Shown: positions 49,170-61,899, counted from the first letter of the whole stretch. The stretch is DNA of 63,842 nucleotides, filler included, from Octopus bimaculoides (GCF_001194135.2; 6 parts of 6 records of this genome joined end to end with filler, not necessarily neighbours in it); one strand, 5' to 3'. Made by a program: numbers and translations. The notes: generated by a model not told the origin, from the letters alone.

Positions 49170-52100
49170 GTTATTAATTCCCTGTGCGGGGAAATTATTG
49201 TTGAACTGTATTTGTGGGGTGTAAACTGAAAAAAAAAAATTTTGTGTTCGGCGTTTTGCCGATTAAGTCCGAATTCTTCCATGACGTAGGCCCTCTAAGA
49301 ATGGATTTTTCGCCATATATTTTTGAGGGCCTACGTCCAAGTAACCCATGTGACAGGGAAAAGAAAAAGAAAAGGAAAAAGAAAAAGATGAAACGTCAAA
49401 CCACTGATACGGAGGTAGGCAATGTCTAGTGTTCTTGTCGGTTGTTTAAATGTGCGTAGCCTGATGTCAGGCTGGAAGCAAGGTCGCTTCCTTAATGACA
49501 TCAGGTTGCAGAATTTGGATGTTACTGTTGCTACAGAGACCCGGTTAAGGTGGCCAAGAGATCTGCTCCCTCTGTTTAATGGCTACGAGACTTTTTTCTC
49601 TCCAGGCTGTCCTTCTATTAAAAAGAAACCGGGTTTCTGAGAAAAAGTTAAGTTTTTCAGATCCAGAAGGTAGGCTGGTTGTCATGGACTTGACGTTCAG
49701 CCATGGTAAAGTTTTCAGACTGGTTGCAATTTATGCACCCCAGCCACCCGGGCAAAGTGATTATTTTCAGAATCTGGAGAAGTTTCTCGGTACATCACAT
49801 TCTTTAATTGTGTTAGGTTACTTCAACACAATATGCGAGGCATGCGTAGATTACGTTGGCTCGAGAACTACTAGAAAAGGTAATTCTTGCTTCCTGGAAC
49901 TGCTAAGCCGCTTTCAGCTAGCAGATCCTTGTAGGCTGAAATTTCCGAACGCTCCATTGTGGACTTGGTCAAATAGCGACGGATCTTCCAGGTCATACAT
50001 AGATAGAGTGTTAATTAGAAAAGTAGATAGACATATAGCTAAGTGTCCACAGTTTTACCTAGTCAGCTACAGTGATCATAAAATGACCACCTGTAGGTTT
50101 GACATAGATAAGCTATATAATAGAGGCTCCGGCTACTGGAAACTTAATACGTCCCTTTTGGCGATTAAGGAGTACAGAGATCGGATTAGGTTGTTGATTC
50201 AGAGGGCATTAACCGGTACCATTATTAATAGTAGATGGTGGTATGCCCTCAAGCGAACCATTAAATTTGAGTCTATTAGATATAGCATAGGTTTAGTGAC
50301 TAGAGAGAAGTCGAGGGAATCAGTTTTAGTTAAGGAGTTAGAGGAAGCAATGAGAACTGGCTCTGCGATTCAGGTGAAGGCCAATAGACTGGTGTTAAAC
50401 CAGAACCTCGAAGCCAAACACAAGGGTTACATTGTCTTTGTGTTGTGGGTTGCGAGGGAATCAAGGCCGCAGGATGGGCCCGAGTGGTGGTAGCCCAACG
50501 TAGTAATGATGCTACAATCCGATCTTTGACGAACCAACAAGGTAAGTTGATAAACGAACCCAAGGAGATGTGTGAGGCTTTCCAGGAGCACTTCGTCCAG
50601 CTTTTCAGTGGGGGCGGCGGGCCGGATAGCAGAAGGGACCTAACGGACTTCCTCGCCGGGCTGCCGCGCCTATTGGGACGGGATGCGGAGGGCTGTGAAG
50701 GGTTGATCACGCCTGAGGAGGTAATTGAGGCCATGGCAGACTGTGGCGCGGGTAAGGTGCCGGGACTGGATGGTTTAACCTACGAGTTGTATAAGAGTAT
50801 GCCAGACTTGTTCGGGCACCTGCTGGTGAATGTCTTCGTGAACTGGCAGTAGAATGGGTTTATTCCCAGGTCTGTGCGCCGGGGAGTGGTGACGCTTGTC
50901 AGAAAGGACCCGAACAAGGGGTATTCCATTGATAATTTTCGGCCCATCACTCTGCTAAACGCAGAGTTGAAGATTTTGGCCAAAGTGTTATCGAAAAGAC
51001 TGGCGCATGTCGCGGATAGTCTGATCAGGGAGGTACAGACATGTGCCGTTCCTAGCAGAACCATCCAGGATAATCTCCATCTTATACGGTACACTTTAGA
51101 GGGGTTTACTAGTGATTCTGGCACGGGTGGGATACTGGTCCATTTAAACCAATCTAAGGCATTCGATAGGGTTGACCATCGCTACCTGGAGTCCGTTCTG
51201 GTACAGTTCGGCCTGGGTCTTGGCTTCCTAAGGTGGATCATTGAAATTTACGATAACATCGACTCGGTAGTTCGGGTGAACGGCTTCTTATCAAAGCCGT
51301 TCAACATCAAACGCTCGGTTCGTCAAGGGTGTCCGTACTCGCCGCTTTTGTATGTAGTGGCTCTTGAGCCATTACTGCGAAAATTTAGCGGCATCCCGAG
51401 GCAGCCAGGTTGTGGAAAGTCGGTTTCAGCCTATGCGGATGACATCACCATCATCGTAACCGAATTGAATCACCTACAGAGGGTAGGCAAGGCCATTGAG
51501 GTTTACGAGACGGTGGCAGGAGCAAAAGTTAATTGTGAAAAGTCAGTCGGCTTGCAGTTCAGCACCTGGAGAGGCAAGTCGATGCCTGTTGACAGCGTCG
51601 TAGGTCCGATTAAGTTGCTAGGAGTTTGGTTTGGACCAGACCTCCAAATAGAGAAGAACTGGGACGAGGTATCGGGCAGGGTGACCCACATAGTCAAGAC
51701 CTGGTCTTTGCGGTGGCTATCCCTGAAAGGGAGGGTGGAGGTGGCCAATGTATTCATCGCATCGGCCATCACCTACCGCCTAACCATCGTTCCTTGCTCT
51801 GATTCGTGGTTGATCAAGCTGGAAACACAGCTCTTCCACTTTTTGTTGAAGGGCTGGAAACCGCTTGTGAGACGCTCTATTTGCTGCCAACATCCGTTAA
51901 AGGGTGGGCTAGGGATGCCTTGGCTGTTGATGCGCAGACTTGCGCTGAGGTTGAGGCATCTTTGGCTCTACTTGGATGGTGAACGGGTGCGGTCTCCGCT
52001 GACGAAACGGATGTTTTCCAAGTTCACTAGTTTCTGGTTCTTTCGAAGATTGAAGTTGGGTACATGGTATACGGAGTGTCGCAAGGCTCTCCTGCTATTC

Positions 52101-52990
52101 CGTCGCTCGAGCAATGCCTGCGGTGGAGGTTCCACCGCATTCTTTTATAGAGGGCTTGTAGAGGCGAAATGTGTCGATACCTTAGGGGAAACCCTAGGTC
52201 TCGACAATAATCAGCTGGCCAGTCTGTTGCAACGTACATTCGGGCCGAAGACCATGGACAACTTTCAGAAGTCTCTGCCATGGCAGTGTTACAGAGAAGC
52301 CTTACCTGTTCGGGACAAGCTCACAAGGCATAGTGACTGCGGCCCTTCGACCTGTCCAAGATGTGGGCAGGATAGGGAAACCGTCCCGCACGCTATTGTT
52401 CAATGTTCGGAGTTGTCAGACGTGTGAGTTTATGCTGAACAACTGTTGTCAAGTGCAGGAAGAGTACAGCTATCGACTGAGTCTATATTAAAAATTGACC
52501 CGCCTGATTTTCTTTTTAAAGAATGTAAAAATTGTTTTCTTATTGTAGTAGCAATTACGAGAGAGGTAATTTGGAGAACGAGGCTGAAAGGGTTGAAGTC
52601 AGGCACTTTCATCTCTGGTCCTGAATTGGTGAATTACTTCACTTTTCACCTTAAAAGGAAAATAGGGCTAGAAAGAAAATGCCTGACTCTGAAAATGTTT
52701 GAAAACCGATGGAAGGATGTAGCACGGATGTTGCGTGTGGATGGAACCTCATGAATGCGACACAGGATGTATCTCAGGTATCAGTGGCGAGGTGGGGCTC
52801 GTGGGGTCCGAATTAACCCCCACCCCATCTGTAATGTCTTCCGGTCTGTCCTACCATTCCATTTTATTATATTTTCTTATTTTTTGCAAAATTTTTAATG
52901 TCCTTTTTTTGTGTAATCATTCACTCACCTGACCCCAAAATCAGACTGTGTTGTCCCCTCTTCGTTAGCCCTTTGTAGGTAACAAAAAAT
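49170..52990 (+). mobile_element. 5'-truncated L1/Tx1-clade LINE (end of ORF1, disrupted ORF2, 3' UTR)
   Basis: ORF2 starts at 49422 (VGCLNVRS..ETRL APE; SDH). RT motifs NFRPITLLN, KAFDRVDH, SVRQGCP, AYADD; C-terminal CPRCGQDRETVPHAIVQC. Two frameshifts and two in-frame stops (50850, 52425); ends 52754; A-rich tail near 52985. Confidence 0.95.
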
Positions 52991-52994
52991 TAAT

Positions 52995-53640
52995 TAAGTC
53001 TATGAACTATATTTGGAATACAGGACAATGTAATGGATTTTATACATAATTATTATGGATTACTACAGAAGAATTACCAAAGAGGCATATATGAATTTCA
53101 AGATTCTCATAATAAAGTCTACTTACCAAAATCAAAAGCAGTAAATTTTAATTTATATTTCAAACAAACAACATTTTCCCATATTACCTCATAAATTATA
53201 AAAAAAAACTACCATTCGTTAAATTATACAAATTTCACATTTGATATTTTTGAGGAGCCGAAGAGTTAGCTATAAATGCTATTATATATTATTCTATATT
53301 ATCTAAGTCTATGAACTATATTTGGAATACAGGATAATATAATGGATTTTACACATAACTATTATGGATTATTACAGAAGACCAACCAAAGAAGAATATA
53401 TGGATTTAAAGACTCTCATACTAAAGTGTAAAGCAGTAACTTTTAATCTTTAATTTATATTTCAAACAAACACATTTTTATCATATTACTTCATATTTAA
53501 AAAAATAACTACCATTCAATAAATCATACAAAATTCAAAGTTTATATCTCTGAAGAGCAGAAGAGTTGTCTATAAATGCTTATCAATATAGGATTCCATT
53601 ATTAGGACAGCACTTCTGCAAAACGATCGTAAGATGCTTT
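52995..53640 (+). repeat. Tandem 309-bp AT-rich duplication (probable Penelope pLTRs)
   Basis: Units start taagtctatgaactatatttggaatacagga at 52995 and 53304. Confidence 0.9.
53546..53636 (+). ncRNA. Minimal hammerhead ribozyme with a G12-to-A core change
   Basis: atct-CTGAAGA-gcagaag...cttctgc-AAAAC-GATC-GTA-agat; palindromic stem III ACGATCGT. Confidence 0.65.
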
Positions 53641-53692
53641 AAAACTTAATTCAAAACTTTTAAACTCTCATATTTATTATTATTATTATTAT

Positions 53693-54052
53693 TCAGTAGT
53701 TTTATTTTTATAACGTGCTTTCACTTCACTACCGAGCGCAGCTCTGTGCGCCTTGGGTATGTGCTGTGGTTTGCTGTGGTGCTCTTATGTTTACTGTATT
53801 GAAAGTGTTTTGCGTAGAATGTGTGCAGTACCCAGTAGTGCAATTTTCTGTATGTTATATATATTTGTAAGTCCTGGTGTTTTTGTTATGTATTTGTCTG
53901 AATATTTTTTTATTATACCTAAGGCACCTACTATGATAGGAATTGTTTCTGTTTTTAGATTCCACATTCGAGTTATCTCTATTTCCAGGTCTTTGTATTT
54001 TGAAAGTTTTTCCATTTCTTTTAGAGAAACGTTGTCATCTGCTGGTATTGAA
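53693..54052 (-). mobile_element. Dong/R4-type non-LTR retrotransposon 3' end
   Basis: EKLSKYKDLEIEITRMWNLKTETIPIIVGALG...KIALLGTAHILRK (RLE C-terminus); the 3' end abuts (TAA)n. Confidence 0.8.
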
Positions 54053-54170
54053 NNNNNNNNNNNNNNNNNNNNNNNNNNNNNNNNNNNNNNNNNNNNTTAA
54101 TTAATTAANNNNNNNNNNNNNNNNNNNNNNNNNNNNNNNNNNNNNNNNNNNNATATATATATGTATATAT

Positions 54171-55457
54171 CAGGTAGTCAAGTATGAAATTTGTAGAAAA
54201 GAAAAATGTTTGCTAATGTTTTATAAATACAAGGAATAATTTTATTCATCAAAGTATGCCCCCATATTATCAATACACTTTTACCATTTCAGTGGTAATT
54301 TGTCCAGTCCAGAACTGTAAAAGCCTGGCAATCTAGAGTCAATAAAATCCTGGAAGGCCTGTTTTACAGCATCATCAGAATTAAAGTTTTTTCCTATCAA
54401 AGTGTTATCCAAATTCTGGAAGAAGTAGTAGTCAGTGGGGGCAAGATCAGGTTAGTATGGTGGATGATGGAGAATTTCCAACTCCAAAATCCTGTAGTTT
54501 CACCAATGTCATTTTTGTGATGTGTGATCTGGCGTTGTCTTGCAATAAAATAGGAGTGGATCTGTTGACTAATCTAGGCTGTTTTTTTGTAAGTTTTCGC
54601 ATTATTTGCTCCAGTTGGCTGCAGTATAATTTCACTGTGATTGATGAGCCAGGTTTAATGAAATCATAATGGATGATACCTACACACCAGACCACTAAAC
54701 ACACACCATCAGCTTCTTTTGATGAATTTTGCTTTTTGGACTATGGTTTGGTAGCTCGTCTTTGTTCAACCATTGTGCTGAACGTTTACGGTTGTTGTAT
54801 TGGATCCATTTCTCTACATGTTACAATTTGATTAAAAAATGATCCATTTTTGTGACGAGAAAGTAGCATAATGCAGGCTTTCAAACGTTACTGTTTCTGA
54901 TTTTCATTGAGTTCATGTGGAACCCACTTATCCAACTTTTTCACTTTACCGATTTGAACTAGGTGAGTCAATATTGTTTGCTTGCTAACACCAAACAACA
55001 ACGATAATTCACGTGCACTTTGAGATGGATCTGACTCGACGTCGGCTTTCAGTTCGTCATTATCTACCTTTGTTTCTGGTTGACAGCATTGCTCATTTGT
55101 GAGGTCAAAGTTACCAGAACAAAATTTTTCAAACCAATTTGATACTGTCTGTTTTGTAATAACATTAGAATGAAATACTCCATTAATATTCTGAGCTGTC
55201 TGCGATGCTGCATTTCCAAGAAGGAACTCATATTTCAAAACTGTACGAATTTCTAATTTATCCATCTCTAAACAAAAATAGTAAAAAACAATTTATAAAT
55301 ACTTTATAAAGTGCAAAATGAGTTAGAATAAAGAAATAGATGCATCAGCTTTCTAACAAAAAAAATAAAGATTGTCAAAATATAATAATGGTGCAAAATG
55401 AGCAGTTGTCAAAGTTTACCATATACCTTACTACAAATTTCATACTTAATGACCTAA
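54171..55457 (-). mobile_element. Decayed full-length mariner (about 1.29 kb)
   Basis: TIRs caggtagtcaagtatgaaatttgtag and ctacaaatttcatacttaatgaccta. ORF pieces MDKLEIRTVLKYEF...KWVPHEL and ILLQDNARSH. Confidence 0.93.
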
Positions 55458-55491
55458 AATATATATATATATGTATAAATACACACACACA

Positions 55492-55527
<36 letters not shown>

Positions 55528-55529
55528 AA

Positions 55530-55990
55530 AATGGAACAAAAACGCAATAAAGGACAATAAAACATTCAGACAGACAGATGATACAAAGGCAGACAAGAGA
55601 ACCAACAATTAGAAGGACAGGCAAAAAAAGACGGGTCATTCTTGGCTTTCTTTCCTCAGTCAAGTACCAAAAGTCACAACCATTTTGGGCAGTTACACAT
55701 GAGATGGTTTGATCTGGATGCCCCCAAAACCGTCTAAACTAAGAGCATTAGACCCCTTTGTAAGAAAGCTAGCTAATGTGTACGGCAACAAAGACGAAAA
55801 ATGGAGAACATGGTACACAAAAAAAAACAGAAAACGGAAAACATGGTACACAATTACAAATACAAACAACAAGAAAATAACAACAGGTGTCTTTCGACTG
55901 AGAACGAATCCAATTGAGTTGGCGTGTATGAAGTGACAGCTTAAATTCAGGAACATAGGAGATGGACATAAGAGGTGTTGGCGGCTGGCA
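55530..55990. repeat. Unclassified interspersed repeat (longer copy of 2515-2760)
   Basis: Shared blocks as listed for 2515-2760. Confidence 0.7.
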
Positions 55991-56033
55991 GTCAGGCCAA
56001 GAAAGAAAGATCATGTGTGTGTGTATATGTGTG

Positions 56034-56083
<50 letters not shown>

Positions 56084-56178
56084 CATGCATACATATAATA
56101 CAAAAAAATATTTCCAAAATACCATTTATAAACAACCTAAGTCTCATTAGATTTATCACTTTTAACAATTACCAACTT

Positions 56179-56375
56179 GCGGTTGGCAAGCTGGTAGAAA
56201 GGGCAAAATGCTTAACAGCATTTCATACATCTTTACATTCTGAGGAGTTTGAATTCTTCCAAGGTTGACTTTGCCATTCATCCTTTTGGGGTCAATAAAA
56301 TAAGTACCAGTTGTGCACTGGCATCAATCTAATCGACTTATTCCCATCCCCAAAATTTCTGGCCTTGAGTCAAAA
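56179..56375 (+). mobile_element. SINE family 2, diverged, with an alternative tail
   Basis: gaggttgactttgccattcatcc...aataagtaccagttgtgcactgg...ccccaaaatttc. Confidence 0.75.
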
Positions 56376-56841
56376 TTTCAAATCGTTAATTACCAATTTG
56401 GGTATTTCATGTAAGGCAACTGAGAGCCACCAGAACACAAGTGAGAGTTGTAGTAACAGTTAGAATAATACTTTATCAATCATTCTCCCACTTTGTTTTG
56501 TATTACTTAGTTGCTTACCATCACATGTGAGTGTATGTGCACACACACATACTCATATGCATGTGTGTGTGTGTGTATAAGGGAAATAAAGAAAGCTTCG
56601 AACAGTGCAGAAAGTTTTATAAAATAAAATAAAATAAAATAAAATAGAATAATGAGATTGATGTAAATGCAGATTTCTTGGACTGCCACCTTCTGAAGAT
56701 AAACCTTTATGCTTGAAATAATAAAGTTTTTGTAAGACTCTGCATTATTAGAAGCTTTTTTTATTTCCCTTTTCTTTCATTTTCTACTTCTATATTGTAA
56801 TGTTTTGCATGAATTACAATGCTCTTACATTCAACCCCCCT

Positions 56842-56873
<32 letters not shown>

Positions 56874-57333
56874 ACACACACACATAGTGAGGGAATTTGT
56901 TTGATGGAAAATGTCTGTCAGATATATACATATATTCATATTCATATTTTATATGAGTGTGACGGATGAAGTAGCGTTGGTTGTGTAACTGGCATGGGTT
57001 ATGAAACAGCTGTCAAATAATGGAATAAATAACTATTCTCTCACTTCACTTATTTGGTCAATTTTTGAATATATACTTTTCATCATTGTGATTCCTGAAT
57101 TTTCAGAAGAATGCTGAGGTTACATCCAAGCCTTAACTGTAGTCTTTCCTGATAGCCACACACCAGGCAGAGAGCTTAATGTGAGTTCTGTTTGATTCTC
57201 TTTGAAACCCTGTTTCATTGGTGGTGTGGGTATGCAGGGTGAGTGTTTGTGTGCATGTGTGTGTAGTGTGTACATGTGTGTGTATGTATACGTGAAGTGT
57301 GTGTACACGTGTGTATGTATGTGTGTGTGTATG

Positions 57334-57366
<33 letters not shown>

Positions 57367-57739
57367 ACATATATATATGTTTGTATTGCTGTTTACATTT
57401 GTGCTCACTTCAAAGTTACAACCTACAAGCAGTGATATTCCCGTGCTTCTTACCTCTCAGAAAATCACCTGCTTCGCACGTTTGATGCTATGAGCAATAA
57501 AGGATGCCTTATTTGAAAAACAGGTAAGCATTAGCATCAGGAAAAGGTATCCAACAGTAAGACTATGTCTTAAGACCAGAAGGGTGTTGGTAGAAAATCC
57601 ATACTTTGTACCCAGTGCAAGCTTCGGACACATAAGAAGTGTAGCAGTACCATAAGAAGGTTAACGGAGAAAAGAGTTTTTGTGTGAGGCAAATGTACTG
57701 GTGCAATAAGCACTGAAAATGTGCAGACAATAGACTTCC

Positions 57740-58300
57740 TCAAATGCTAGTGGATATCCTTAGAAGTAGATAGCTTCTTTTACCTTGGAAACCAAGTTAG
57801 GGGGAAGTTCTGAAATATAGTTGCTAGAATAAGAATGGGCAAGGCAAAGTTTGTTGTTAACTAAAGGCCTCTCCCTCAGAGTGAAAGGCTGATTGTATGA
57901 TGCCTGAGTACAAACAGTTATGCTACATGGCAGTGAAACATGGACTATGACTACAAGGGACTTGAAAGAAAGCCAGTATTCTCCGTTGGATGGCTAATGT
58001 CAGTGTACACATACAGCAGAGTGTAAATGATTTAAAAGGAAAACTGGGTATAAGAGGCATCAGATGTATGCTAGAGAGAAAACTGTGCTGGTTTGCTCAT
58101 TTGATGCATATGGATGAAAACAGCTGCTTAAAGAAGAGCCAATCTCTAATTGTGAAGGAAATCTGTGAAAGGGGTAGAACCAGGAAGACGTAGGATGAAG
58201 TGGTAAGAAAGGATCTTCAGATGTGGGCCTCACTGAGGAAGACAAGGGACTGGAAGAAGTGGCAATTTGCTGTACTTGAGAAGACACATCAAGCTAAGTA
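57740..58300 (+). mobile_element. RTE-clade LINE 3' remnant
   Basis: VDSFFYLG; LSLRVKG.LYDA.VQTVMLHGSETW; RKLCWFAHLMHM; RGRTRKT.DEVV. Confidence 0.85.
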
Positions 58301-58329
58301 AAATTGCGGCCATTCAAACAAACAGGCAT

Positions 58330-58480
58330 GTCCTTTGCAGGTGCTGGTGCCACATAAAATGCACTCGTGTGCCAGTGCTATGTAAACACACCTGTGCTGG
58401 GGGAATGGGAAAAGCACCCAGCACACTCTGTAAAGTGGTTGACATTAGGAAGGGTATCCAGCCATCGAAACCATGCCCCC
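58330..58480 (+). mobile_element. SINE family 3 fragment
   Basis: aaaagcacccagcacactctgtaaagtggttgacattaggaagggtatccagc is the reverse complement of 58680-58730. Confidence 0.75.
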
Positions 58481-58563
58481 AGAAAACAAACACTGGAGTT
58501 TGGACAGCTCTCCAGTTGGCCAGCACCACCAAAGAAAAGAATTAAACAATAAAATCATAAATT

Positions 58564-58772
58564 CATCATTGTTGTTTAACGTCCGCTTTCCATGCTAGCA
58601 TGGGTTGGACGATTTGACTGAGGACTGGTGAACCAGATGGCTACACCAGGCTCCAATCTGATTTGGCAGAGTTTCTACAGCTGGATGCCCTTCCTAATGC
58701 CAACCACTCCGAGAGTGTAGTGGGTGCTTTTACGTGCCACCGGCACGAAGGCCGGTCAGGCGGTACTGGCAA
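58564..58772 (-). mobile_element. SINE family 3, 3' part with RTE-type tail
   Basis: Minus-strand tail cgtccaacccatgctagcatggaaagcggacgttaaac with a ccatgctagcatgg palindrome; second copy at 60891-61093. Confidence 0.75.
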
Positions 58773-58829
58773 ACAAAATTTCATTGGATTCTCAATTTTC
58801 ATCATGGTTAGAACCAAGTAAAACAAATA

Positions 58830-59060
58830 TCAAAAGAGAATATTGTAAATTCTGTCATGAAATTCAAGGCAATGTAACTCATCTGGAAAGGCATGGAAAA
58901 ATGGATAAACATATTAAAAATGTTTATTAAGAAAATAAAAGTGGAAAACTGACCAACTTTTTGCAGCATACAACTTCTTCCTCTGTTCATGTTACCAACA
59001 TGGCTACTGCAGAGCTTAAGCTTTGTTCCTTCATTACAGAACATAACTTACCAGTTATGG
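58830..59060 (+). mobile_element. hAT-like transposase N-terminal remnant (BED-like finger)
   Basis: EYCKFCHEIQGNVTHLERHGKMDKH followed by ATAELKLCSFITEHNLP. Confidence 0.65.
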
Positions 59061-59284
59061 GGGAGGGGGGTATCTTAAAGTCAACCAGAGAAGTTGAATT
59101 GTTGAGAATCTTTTTAACTTGGATCTTATATCTATTTTTCAAATTTCTTTGAAATCAGAAATATATGTATGTTCACTGGGTTTGTAAAAGAGAGCAAAGC
59201 TAGAGGAAACCAAAAGACGAATGATCACGATAAGCAGTCGGCTACCCTACCCTACACACACACATACATATATACTATATATAT

Positions 59285-59470
59285 ACTGTTTTACTTGTTT
59301 TTGCGGCCATGCTGGAGCACTTTAGTCAAATGAATCAACCTTAGGACTTATTTTTTATAAGCCTAGTACTTATTCTATTGATATCTTTTGCTAAACTGCT
59401 AAGTTATGGGGACATAAACACACCAACATTGGTTGTCAAACGATGATGGGGGGACAAACACAGACAAGCA
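59285..59470 (-). mobile_element. SINE family 1, 3' module
   Basis: ttttacttgtt...ggccatgctggagcac...gctaagttatggggacataaacacacc. Confidence 0.8.
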
Positions 59471-59844
59471 GACATATACATATATATATAAAGATGAGAA
59501 TGTGTGTCTGTCTGTCTGTGTGAATCTGTAAAAATCAAGAACTACACAACCTATTTCATTGAAATTTTACACATGCCTTACTTAGGGTCCAGGTAGTGTC
59601 ATAGGCCGAAAATATCTTCAACTTCATGCCTAATACAAGCCCAGAACAATCTCTTATATCTTCCACTATTTCGGTACTACATGTCAAAAGTGAAGCAATA
59701 ACATCTCTCTATTGTAATGTCAGATACTTTCACTTTAATACTTTCACTTTAATACTTTCACTATTAATATTGAAACTATTAAAGTGAAACTAGTATCTCA
59801 CATATATACAGGCATACATACATATATACATGCATGCATATATA

Positions 59845-61308
59845 TCTATTCTATACTATATCTAAAACAGAGATGTGTGTGTAATCGCTTTTCACGTGAA
59901 ATCGACTTCACCCAATGCTTCCATACTTGTAATGCATGAATAATTTGACCTCGGATAAATCTTAGGCTCTTCATTTGATTTTTTTAATTAAAAATAAATA
60001 ATATTGCTTTATATTTAAGATTCACTTCTTTAAAAAGGTTCCTCAANNNNNNNNNNNNNNNNNNNNNNNNNNNNNNNNNNNNNNNNNNNNNNNNNNNNNN
60101 NNNNNNNNNNNNNNNNNNNNNNNNNNNNNNNNNNNNNNNNNNNNNNNNNNNNNNNNNNNNNNNNNNNNNNNNNNNNNNNNNNNNNNNNNNNNNNNNNNNN
60201 NNNNNNNNNNNNNNNNNNNNNNNNNNNNNNNNNNNNNNNNNNNNNNNNNNNNNNNNNNNNNNNNNNNNNNNNNNNNNNNNNNNNNNNNNNNNNNNNNNNN
60301 NNNNNNNNNNNNNNNNNNNNNNNNNNNNNNNNNNNNNNNNNNNNNNNNNNNNNNNNNNNNNNNNNNNNNNNNNNNNNNNNNNNNNNNNNNNNNNNNNNNN
60401 NNNNNNNNNNNNNNNNNNNNNNNNNNNNNNNNNNNNNNNNNNNNNNNNNNNNNNNNNNNNNNNNNNNNNNNNNNNNNNNNNNNNNNNNNNNNNNNNNNNN
60501 NNNNNNNNNNNNNNNNNNNNNNNNNNNNNNNNNNNNNNNNNNNNNNNNNNNNNNNNNNNNNNNNNNNNNNNNNNNNNNNNNNNNNNNNNNNNNNNNNNNN
60601 NNNNNNNNNNNNNNNNNNNNNNNNNNNNNNNNNNNNNNNNNNNNNNNNNNNNNNNNNNNNNNNNNNNNNNNNNNNNNNNNNNNNNNNNNNNNNNNNNNNN
60701 NNNNNNNNNNNNNNNNNNNNNNNNNNNNNNNNNNNNNNNNNNNNNNNNNNNNNNNNNNNNNNNNNNNNNNNNNNNNNNNNNNNNNNNNNNNNNNNNNNNN
60801 NNNNNNNNNNNNNNNNNNNNNNNNNNNNNNNNNNNNNNNNNNNNNNNNNNNNNNNNNNNNNNNNNNNNNNNNNNNNNNNNNNNNNNNNNNGCAACACCAG
60901 GCTCCAATCTAATTTGGCAGAGTTTCTACAGCTGGATGCCCTTCCTAACGCCAACCACTCAGAGAGTGTAGTGGGTGCTTTTATGTGTCACCCGCACGAA
61001 GGCCAGTCAGGCGGTACTGGCAACGGCCACACTCGAAATGGTGTATTTTATGTGCCACCCGCACAAGAGCCAGTCCAGGGGCACTGGCAACGAACCCCAT
61101 TTTAATTTTCGTAAAAGTTTCCAAGTACCAATGAGGCTTTTTGGCTCATCTTCAATTTTCCCCATTCATGAGAGGCGCCCAGCCATCATTCATCTGAGAG
61201 TCCATCTCCAGAATGTCCTCAAATTTCTATACAGCATATTTTGTCTTTTTCTCTTCAAGTATATAAGCAACAATTTCATTCCCGAGTAACGCCGGGTGCC
61301 TCTGCTAG
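59845..61308 (+). mobile_element. Non-autonomous Helitron (termini linked across an N gap)
   Basis: 5' A|TCtattctatactata; 3' hairpin cccg-agtaacgc-cggg, then CTAG|T (61305-61309). Retains the Rep piece [19 protein letters not shown]. Confidence 0.7.
60891..61093 (-). mobile_element. SINE family 3 copy
   Basis: caggctccaatctaatttggcagagtttctacagctggatgcccttcctaacgcc matches 58645-58770. Confidence 0.8.
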
Positions 61309-61658
61309 TAATATATATTATGTACATATATATGTATACATCTGCACATATGTATATATATATATATATATAGATGTATATGTATAGATGTATATATATA
61401 TAGATGTATAGATGTATATACGTTGATGTATATGTATAGATGTATGTATATATATATACATGTATATATATATATAGATATATATGTTTATATATGTATA
61501 TAAGTATGTATATATATATGTGTGTATATATATATATATATATGTATATGTATATATAAATATATGTATGCATGTATATATGTATATATATATGTGTACA
61601 TACATGTATGTATATATATATATGTAATATGTACACATGTATACACATTTTTACATGC

Positions 61659-61699
<41 letters not shown>

Positions 61700-61899
61700 N
61701 NNNNNNNNNNNNNNNNNNNNNNNNNNNNNNNNNNNNNNNNNNNTTAATTAATTAANNNNNNNNNNNNNNNNNNNNNNNNNNNNNNNNNNNNNNNNNNNNT
61801 GTGTGTGTGTGTGTGTGTGTGTATGTATATGTATACACACACACACACAACAAACACACTCGCGCACAAATATATACATACATATATATAATCGATAAA

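Noticed and set aside
50330-52281. Antisense ORFs inside the LINE (50330-50734, 50780-51124, 51503-51772, 52027-52281)
   Set aside because: They are shadow frames of the GC-richer ORF2 with no independent motifs.
57108-57180. Plus-strand exon between ttttcAG and GTGAGT
   Set aside because: All three frames contain stops and there is no supporting context.
59051-59146. 95-nt minus-strand exon (NLKNRYKIQVKK...; CTG|GTAAGT donor)
   Set aside because: The donor lies inside the hAT remnant (EHNLP codons on the plus strand) and its phase does not match the 47287 exon, so it is probably coincidental.
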